Origin: a virus
Reading direction: 5' to 3' (one strand)
Length of the DNA: 31,765 nt
Virus record (IMG/VR): IMGVR_UViG_3300012982_000018
Coordinates: 66,423 to 98,187 of that record
The position numbers were made by a program, and so were the translations under genes. The notes beneath the pieces were generated by a model that saw only the letters and a program-made list of their open reading frames with translations, did not search any database and was not told the origin of the DNA. Of the stretch, positions 26,771 through 31,765 are shown piece by piece (the first letter of the stretch is position 1; the number at the start of each line of letters is the position of its first letter).

Positions 26771-27010
26771 CTACTTCTTACATGAGTCACGGGTCTTGGC
26801 CACTTCTTGGGTCAATTTATCCAGTTCCTCTCGGATCTTCGGCAACTCCTTCATGGACGTAGCCATGTCCTGGTTAGCGACTCGAATGAGATACACGTCG
26901 GACGGAGCGGAACTATCCGCATGTGCGGGGGACTCCAAGCCTCGGCCAAGAAGGATCCCAATGTTGAGAGCGAGGAACACCAAATGTGCGCACCAGAGAG
27001 TGGTCTTCAT
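26771..27010 (-). CDS. small exported/membrane-anchored coiled-coil protein
   Basis: Hydrophobic N-terminus ending AHA; coiled-coil C-terminus. Confidence 0.6.
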   Translation of the reverse strand: MKTTLWCAHLVFLALNIGILLGRGLESPAHADSSAPSDVYLIRVANQDMATSMKELPKIREELDKLTQEVAKTRDSCKK

Positions 27011-27017
27011 GCTTCAG

Positions 27018-27045
27018 AACGTAAGCATCGCGCTCCACAAGTCAA
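27018..27045 (-). promoter_or_regulatory. putative promoter, leaderless transcript
   Basis: TTGACT-N16-TACGTT; ATG 7 nt downstream. Confidence 0.45.
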
Positions 27046-27302
27046 CCTAAAAGACGACTCGCTAGCTTCTTTACGAGCATCTCATCTTCTCGTTTAAGGA
27101 GAGCCATGTACAGGTCGAAGGCTTCCGGAATAAAGCGAAAGTAGGAAGAAGGCGCTACGGAACCGATCTCACAAGGAAGACACAGAAAACCCAGATCGAT
27201 CCTACTTTCGAACGTGATCAGGCCATGAGGCTCGTGGCACAGGATCCATTCCCGGTGCAACGGCTTTTCCCAGACGCGAATGATCTCCTCCACAGGAGGC
27301 AT
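27042..27302 (-). CDS. hypothetical protein, 86 aa
   Basis: AGGAG SD; C..H...CLPC. Confidence 0.6.
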   Translation of the reverse strand: MPPVEEIIRVWEKPLHREWILCHEPHGLITFESRIDLGFLCLPCEIGSVAPSSYFRFIPEAFDLYMALLKREDEMLVKKLASRLLG

Positions 27303-27305
27303 CGA

Positions 27306-27458
27306 TTAGCTCCTGATCGCGCCGGCAATGCGGCAGCTCTTCTTGCCGGCTGTCTTGCTGCAGGTGCCACCTAACTTGCCCTTCTTGCAACGCAAGTGAG
27401 TGGCAATTCTCTTGGCCGTCTTCTTTTTTGAAATGACTCTACACATGTCTACAGACAT
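27306..27458 (-). CDS. very basic Cys-containing miniprotein (MSVDMCRVISKKKTAKRIATHLRCKKGKLGG...)
   Basis: Manual translation; fills the gap; start at 27458 or 27446; TTGAAA-N17-CAGAAT upstream. Confidence 0.4.
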   Translation of the reverse strand: MSVDMCRVISKKKTAKRIATHLRCKKGKLGGTCSKTAGKKSCRIAGAIRS

Positions 27459-27490
27459 AATTCTGCATTACTTCTAACAGTCTTTCAAAT

Positions 27491-27889
27491 TTAATTCATC
27501 TTCTTCTTAGCTAGGATTGGAAATTCAAATCCCTTTTCCCACATCGACTTTGCAAAATCTATGAAGTTCTTCTTAACGAAAGAAGACTCCCAGATCTCCT
27601 GAAGCTCCTCGTCTGTCGATTCGATCACTAGGTGCATGGCTTTCAACCATAACACTCCGAAGAGTTGTTCATCCTTAGCGCTTTCACAAACCCCGGCTAT
27701 TGTCGTGAATACCTTCCCCTGCGCGTGCAATTCGACGGTAACCTGTCCGGTAGAATTGGTTCCTACCCAGATATCATCTGGTAGGAAACCTAGACGCCTG
27801 AAGGCCTCGTGATAACAAATTGCCTCCCTTACCGCCGGCTCCATACTTTTGATAGTCAAGGATTCTATGTCCATGAGGATTGCATTCAC
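27491..27889 (-). CDS. hypothetical protein, 132 aa
   Basis: Track ORF coupled to the upstream stop. Confidence 0.65.
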   Translation of the reverse strand: MNAILMDIESLTIKSMEPAVREAICYHEAFRRLGFLPDDIWVGTNSTGQVTVELHAQGKVFTTIAGVCESAKDEQLFGVLWLKAMHLVIESTDEELQEIWESSFVKKNFIDFAKSMWEKGFEFPILAKKKMN

Positions 27890-28444
27890 CTGTTCGTATT
27901 GTCTTTCATCATGTTGAGAAACAGCAGCCCCTGCTCGATAGCATCATCAAGAGCAATATGAGTATGGTTGGCTCCCTTTTCAAACCAATGCTTAGGCATA
28001 GTTATTTTGGATACATCTCTATATGGGCACTTCATAACCGCCGCCGCATAGCTTTTTATATCCAAGGCTGAAAACGAAAATGGGCTGGACCCTGGCCCGC
28101 AAAACCTAATCATGTTCCAGTACACAAACAAAAAATCGAACCCGGCCGGATACCCAACAAATACAGGCTTGCCTGGAAGTGACTTCACCCAGGCAATGTA
28201 AGCACACATAGCCTCTTCAGGGTCACGAAGGTCTTTTCTCGCTGCTTCCCAGGCCTCTGGCTGCCCTTTCCACCACTCCATCGTTGCCTGGTCAGGAACA
28301 GCATCTGGAAGCGTCTTCAGATTGACCGTGAAAGTCGAAATCAGCGTTTTGTCTTCTCTAAAAGCCGCGGAGGCTAAGCATCGAGTTCACACCAGGAATA
28401 GGACCATCCGTCTCAATGTCTGTCGATACGTAAATCTCTTTCAT
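27886..28444 (-). CDS. DEDD 3'-5' exoribonuclease (Rv2179c-like), split by a frameshift at ~28360-28380
   Basis: The N-terminal ExoI motif [11 protein letters not shown] (28444-28358) is in one frame; GFDFLF and HIALDDA are in the +1 frame. Confidence 0.8.
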
Positions 28445-28468
28445 GTTCATTATTTTGGACGTAAATGC

Positions 28469-28506
28469 GAAAAGGGCCCGCCAACTTTCGCTGACCGGCC
28501 CTTTTC
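28469..28506 (-). terminator. intrinsic terminator
   Basis: GAAAAGGGCCGGTCAGC-GAAA-GTTGGCGGGCCCTTTTC. Confidence 0.75.
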
Positions 28507-29070
28507 TTACGCCACCAACTCGCCAGAGTCAATCGGTTTGTCCTCGGAATCTAGTGTCCCCATAGACTGGCAATATGCCACCCATTGTGGTGGTATTCCC
28601 CTTAGGTTCAACCGCGGAGGAGTTAGAGGAAGACTGTTCGGCTTAACGGGTACTTTCAGTAACTTCATTTCCGCTTGCTCCGGTGTACGTCCGCCTTTGC
28701 GCTCATTACACGAGTAACAGGTTGAAACGATGTTGTGCCAAGTCGTCTTTCCGCCTTGAGTACGCGGGACAACGTGATCATAGTTCAACTCGTTAATTTT
28801 CTTCTTAGCCCCGCAATATTGGCACATGAAGCCGTCGCGGGTAAGGACATTAATCCGAGAGAATTTAACTCCGCGCTTCACCGCTCCAAAAGGCTTTGTA
28901 AGGCGCACGACTGCCGGCGCCTTGATGGAGATGGACGGGGAGCAAATCTCCCAGTCGTACTCCTCCAAAACCTCGATCTTATTGGTGAACAAAAGAATAA
29001 CCGCACGCTGCCAGGTGATTACCTTGTGCGGAGTCATCCACGGTGTAAGTAACAAAACCTTCTCGGACAT
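28507..29070 (-). CDS. HNH endonuclease (McrA-like)
   Basis: [18 protein letters not shown]...[10 protein letters not shown]...[16 protein letters not shown]. Confidence 0.93.
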   Translation of the reverse strand: MSEKVLLLTPWMTPHKVITWQRAVILLFTNKIEVLEEYDWEICSPSISIKAPAVVRLTKPFGAVKRGVKFSRINVLTRDGFMCQYCGAKKKINELNYDHVVPRTQGGKTTWHNIVSTCYSCNERKGGRTPEQAEMKLLKVPVKPNSLPLTPPRLNLRGIPPQWVAYCQSMGTLDSEDKPIDSGELVA

Positions 29071-29158
29071 GATTATCCCTACCTTCGTCTCTTCTTCATT
29101 GCCTTTCCTTTACGGCTACCTGTCTACTAGCCAATCGAAGACCTATTCCTCGACTTAG

Positions 29159-29239
29159 TACCCGTGGTCGGGGTCGAACCGACACGCTTTGCAGCGGGAG
29201 GGTTTAAGCCTCCTGTGTCTGCCTTTCCACCACACGGGC
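29159..29239 (-). tRNA. tRNA-Leu(UAA)
   Basis: GCCCGTG/CACGGGT acceptor, GGAGG-CTTAAAC-CCTCC anticodon arm, long variable arm, GTCGG-TTCGACC-CCGAC; A73; no encoded CCA. Confidence 0.93.
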
Positions 29240-29389
29240 GTATTCAATCTGTTCTCTTATCTCTTGCCGACTCCGGCGCTTCTCACGGGCCCGGTTAGGG
29301 CCCTGCTCGGGGTGACAAATACTACAATGCTGGTGTCCTTCCACCGTGTGACGATATTTCTTTAATCCCAAGGGCCGCATTGCTGTCAA
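29204..29389 (-). CDS. hypothetical basic protein, 61 aa (C-x2-C-H), overlaps tRNA-Leu
   Basis: HCSICHP...RAREKR; start overlaps the upstream stop. Confidence 0.5.
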   Translation of the reverse strand: MTAMRPLGLKKYRHTVEGHQHCSICHPEQGPNRAREKRRSRQEIREQIEYARVVERQTQEA

Positions 29390-29592
29390 TAGTCGCCTTG
29401 AACGTAGAGCTTGGCAATATGCTCCCTAATTGCCAACACACAGACTCTAGGCGCAGGCTTGTTATCCTCGGTTCGGAACTCATTTGTCACCTTGTTGAAG
29501 GTAACAAGCATGCCTCCTACCTTGTAAGTTGTCTTACCTGGATCAAATGACACAGGCTCAACGTCAATCATTCCGGGATCAATTTTACTCAT
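29386..29592 (-). CDS. hypothetical protein (~68 aa)
   Basis: Sub-ORF of 29386..29634 that avoids the tRNA; start at 29592 or 29601. Confidence 0.55.
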   Translation of the reverse strand: MSKIDPGMIDVEPVSFDPGKTTYKVGGMLVTFNKVTNEFRTEDNKPAPRVCVLAIREHIAKLYVQGDY

Positions 29593-29609
29593 ACGTTCCA
29601 TTTTAGCAG

Positions 29610-29683
29610 CGCCCCTGATGGGAGTCGAACCCACTACACGGTATTTTAGAGTTACCTGTTCTAAACCATTGAACTACAGGAGC
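29610..29683 (-). tRNA. amber suppressor tRNA (anticodon CUA), Trp-like body, G73
   Basis: GCTCCTG-TA-GTTC-AATGGTTTA-GAAC-A-GGTAA-CTCTAAA-ATACC-GTGTA-GTGGG-TTCGACT-CCCAT-CAGGGGC-G; anticodon at 29647-29649. Confidence 0.88.
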
Positions 29684-29688
29684 TAGGG

Positions 29689-29764
29689 TGGGGCAGGCCG
29701 GATTCGAACCGGCGAATGACAGGTATTTAGAATACCCCGCTATAGACCACTTAGCTACAGCCCC
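29689..29764 (-). tRNA. amber suppressor tRNA (anticodon CUA), A73, 7-nt variable loop
   Basis: GGGGCTG-TA-GCTA-AGTGGTCTA-TAGC-G-GGGTA-TTCTAAA-TACCT-GTCATTC-GCCGG-TTCGAAT-CCGGC-CTGCCCC-A; anticodon at 29728-29730. Confidence 0.88.
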
Positions 29765-29774
29765 ATTTGAGGCC

Positions 29775-30119
29775 TTACGGCCCCCGTAGTGCAAGGGATA
29801 ATCCCCTGCACAGCTTCCTTGATTGCTCCCCCGGCCCCAAGGTTATTGCCGTCATGGTATTGTCCAAGTCGGGTTCCCTAAAGGTAGAGGTCTCAATCCC
29901 TTTTCTTATAGCCATCTCCATCAACTTTTTCAAGGCCTGTTCGTCGGAAACGACCAAATAGGCCAGGTAGTTTGACTTGGCATGCCATTCGCCGGAAAGG
30001 GTCGGGTAGTCCAGTACCCATTCGGTAAGCGCATGTCCGGCCTGGACAGCCTGTTGACCTGGAGTTAAGTCCGCCCTCACAATGACATAGACCTTATCCC
30101 CTTCTTGTATCTAGGTCAT
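29775..30119 (-). CDS. pth2: Pth2-family peptidyl-tRNA hydrolase with in-frame TAG at codon 3 (114 aa on read-through)
   Basis: M-T-*-IQEGDKVYVIVRADLTPGQQAVQAGHA...W...FREPDLDNTMTAITLGP...L.L; GGAGG SD 7 nt before ATG 30119. Confidence 0.85.
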
Positions 30120-30460
30120 TGGGCGGCCTCCGTCTCCGGCTTCGCCGCACGCGGCTTGCGAACACGAGGGGGTTTCGGCTCCCAACGCAAGAATGCTGTC
30201 ACTTCGGAAAGAAGTTTGGTCGCGTAGTCGTACGCTTCCACATTCCTTGTTCCATCCGACCAGACCGGGCCGATTGCTGCTTCAGCGAGGACGCAGGCCA
30301 CTCGCCAAGGGCAGGGCTTGTCATTGGCGGTCTTTTCCATCGCGTGGTACTCGGTACCCCGGACATACCCATACGCAAGATGGGCCTCACGCGATCCGCC
30401 GCCACCGCGGATTCGCGCCCTCAACTTCATATACTGCTCTTTATTCAAAATGCTTCTCAT
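30116..30460 (-). CDS. hypothetical phage protein (R-x2-HLAYGYVRG-x2-Y motif)
   Basis: 114-aa ORF with ATGA overlaps at both ends. Confidence 0.75.
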   Translation of the reverse strand: MRSILNKEQYMKLRARIRGGGGSREAHLAYGYVRGTEYHAMEKTANDKPCPWRVACVLAEAAIGPVWSDGTRNVEAYDYATKLLSEVTAFLRWEPKPPRVRKPRAAKPETEAAQ

Positions 30461-31053
30461 TTATTTCTATCCTTTATATAACTTATAGCCGCGGCTAGCC
30501 GCTCAGGGCTGTCTTCAAAACACCCCAAACCTCTATTACAATTCCCGCAGAGTAGGCCGCGAACTTCTCCGGAAACATGATCGTGGTCCACATGAAGGGC
30601 GACGGCTTCACCACATATGGCGCATCGTTCATTCTGCTCCGCTAGGAGCTTCTCGTACCCCTCTAAAGAGAGCCCATAAGACCGCTCTAAATGGTACTTT
30701 TTTCGAGAGCCCCTAATATAGTGCTCTCTACGGTATGCTTTCATATACTCTTGCTTATAAGTTCTGTACTTATTAAGTGTACATCTCTTACAGAGAGTAC
30801 TCAGTCCAAATTTACTCAAAATGTTAGGAGTAAATTCCGAAGCAGGAAGTTCTTCTTGGCACGAACGACATTTCAAGTAGTCTGGAATTACGACGTCCTT
30901 TAGACGTTTCTTCGCTGCCGCCTGGGCTTGTGCCCAAAGACATGGTCTACATCGGGCCCTTCGTCCGTCTTTAGACTGCTTTGTTGTGCCAAAGTCTTCA
31001 AGACTTTTCCACACCTTGCAACCTCTGCATGTTTTACCCTCTCTTCGAGTCAT
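30457..31053 (-). CDS. Endonuclease VII-family (HNH-type) homing endonuclease with N-terminal Zn-finger repeats
   Basis: YGLSLEGYEKLLAEQNERCAICG...VDHDHVSGEVRGLLCGNCNRGLG; GAGGTG SD before ATG 31053. Confidence 0.9.
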   Translation of the reverse strand: MTRREGKTCRGCKVWKSLEDFGTTKQSKDGRRARCRPCLWAQAQAAAKKRLKDVVIPDYLKCRSCQEELPASEFTPNILSKFGLSTLCKRCTLNKYRTYKQEYMKAYRREHYIRGSRKKYHLERSYGLSLEGYEKLLAEQNERCAICGEAVALHVDHDHVSGEVRGLLCGNCNRGLGCFEDSPERLAAAISYIKDRNK

Positions 31054-31155
31054 AACACACCTCAATCTAATTCGGGTTCAGCGGACAAAATGGCGAACAT
31101 CCGAAGGAGAGGTGGTCCCCGAGAGTTGTGCAGCTAGTGTTCCATAACCGAAAGC

Positions 31156-31419
31156 CTATCCACGAGTCGTATACTTGTCAAGTGTGGCTTGGAGCCGGAG
31201 CGCTTCCCTACCTGTTTCCTCTGAAAGATAGAGAAGAAGACCGCCAGCGACGGCCGTAAAAATCGTGTTAGCGACCATTTTACCGCCGAATCCTATCATA
31301 ATTCCAACAACAATCCATACAATACTACAAGTCATCAGGACCCCGGCCATCATGGAATATCGCCTTGCTCGCGAATGTTTTTTAGCGATGTCGGCCTGGA
31401 TGGCTTCTCTATTGGTCAC
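31156..31419 (-). CDS. two-TM membrane protein
   Basis: Two hydrophobic stretches. Confidence 0.6.
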   Translation of the reverse strand: MTNREAIQADIAKKHSRARRYSMMAGVLMTCSIVWIVVGIMIGFGGKMVANTIFTAVAGGLLLYLSEETGREALRLQATLDKYTTRG

Positions 31420-31424
31420 GAGCG

Positions 31425-31721
31425 CTATTGTACTCCTCTCCTAGATTTTGCAACTTCATCCAGGTATTCCTGCAGAAGGCTCTTTATCTGCTCCGCCTTT
31501 TTCGGCGAAAAGGTGAGAGAATCAAATGCGCCGAACTTGCATTTGTACCCGAAAATATACCGAATTCCGGACCGCAACCGGCGCCAGAAGCCGCGTTTAA
31601 CCAGATGTACCTCAAGAAAAAGGTCTACATCCCCATTTTCCCATGTGAACATAGAAAATCGCATCGAGTGTTCGGCATCCGAACAATCACACGTAATCCA
31701 GACTTCCTTGTCAATTTCCAT
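31425..31721 (-). CDS. hypothetical phage protein (CDC..EH...FWRRL..GIRYIFGY)
   Basis: 98-aa ORF directly after a tRNA. Confidence 0.7.
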   Translation of the reverse strand: MEIDKEVWITCDCSDAEHSMRFSMFTWENGDVDLFLEVHLVKRGFWRRLRSGIRYIFGYKCKFGAFDSLTFSPKKAEQIKSLLQEYLDEVAKSRRGVQ

Positions 31722-31726
31722 TTCTT

Positions 31727-31765
31727 TGGTGAGTCACCTAGGAATCGAACCTAGCCGCAAACCAT
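31727..31765 (-). tRNA. tRNA, 3' part only (anticodon outside window)
   Basis: CTAGG-TTCGATT-CCTAG-GTGACTC-A-CCA. Confidence 0.8.

Noticed and set aside
29610-29683. tRNA-Pyl
   Set aside because: The loop CUCUAAA matches, but the body is canonical (2-nt linker, GG in the D-loop, TTC in the T-loop, 5-nt variable loop), unlike tRNA-Pyl; no pyl genes seen.
29100-29690. HDV-like theta ribozymes at tRNA 3' ends
   Set aside because: The trailers after the three complete tRNAs show no P1/P2/P3 nested pseudoknot; 31066-31155 also lacks a proper P3/L3.
13717-31427. Amber read-through fusing TAG-terminated genes to the next gene
   Set aside because: At the TAG-ending genes checked, the next gene is out of frame or another stop intervenes.

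Overview
This is a phage genome segment, with every credible gene on the minus strand; no structural genes or DNA polymerase were recognised. The left two-thirds is a recombination/replication module: a truncated GT4 glycosyltransferase, RuvC, a Cas4-like exonuclease, an Hjc-like nuclease, RecA (intein), a tandem MerR-HTH protein, an SF2 helicase (intein), SSB, primase, DnaB (degenerate intein) and a DnaC-like loader. An ~880-bp structured non-coding gap follows. The right third holds RNA/translation and nucleotide genes: KptA/Tpt1, RtcB, KhpA, a lysozyme-like/holin-like pair, dUTPase, frameshifted ThyX, a frameshifted DEDD exoribonuclease, HNH/EndoVII nucleases and tRNAs. The main finding is a peptidyl-tRNA hydrolase (Pth2) gene whose true start (perfect SD, ATGA-coupled to the upstream gene) is followed by an in-frame TAG at codon 3. 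It lies directly upstream of two different tRNAs that both carry the amber anticodon CUA, while TAG still ends about 10 ordinary genes in the window. This looks like an amber read-through-gated translation-rescue module rather than genome-wide recoding. All calls come from manual reading and motif recall; no database searches were run.
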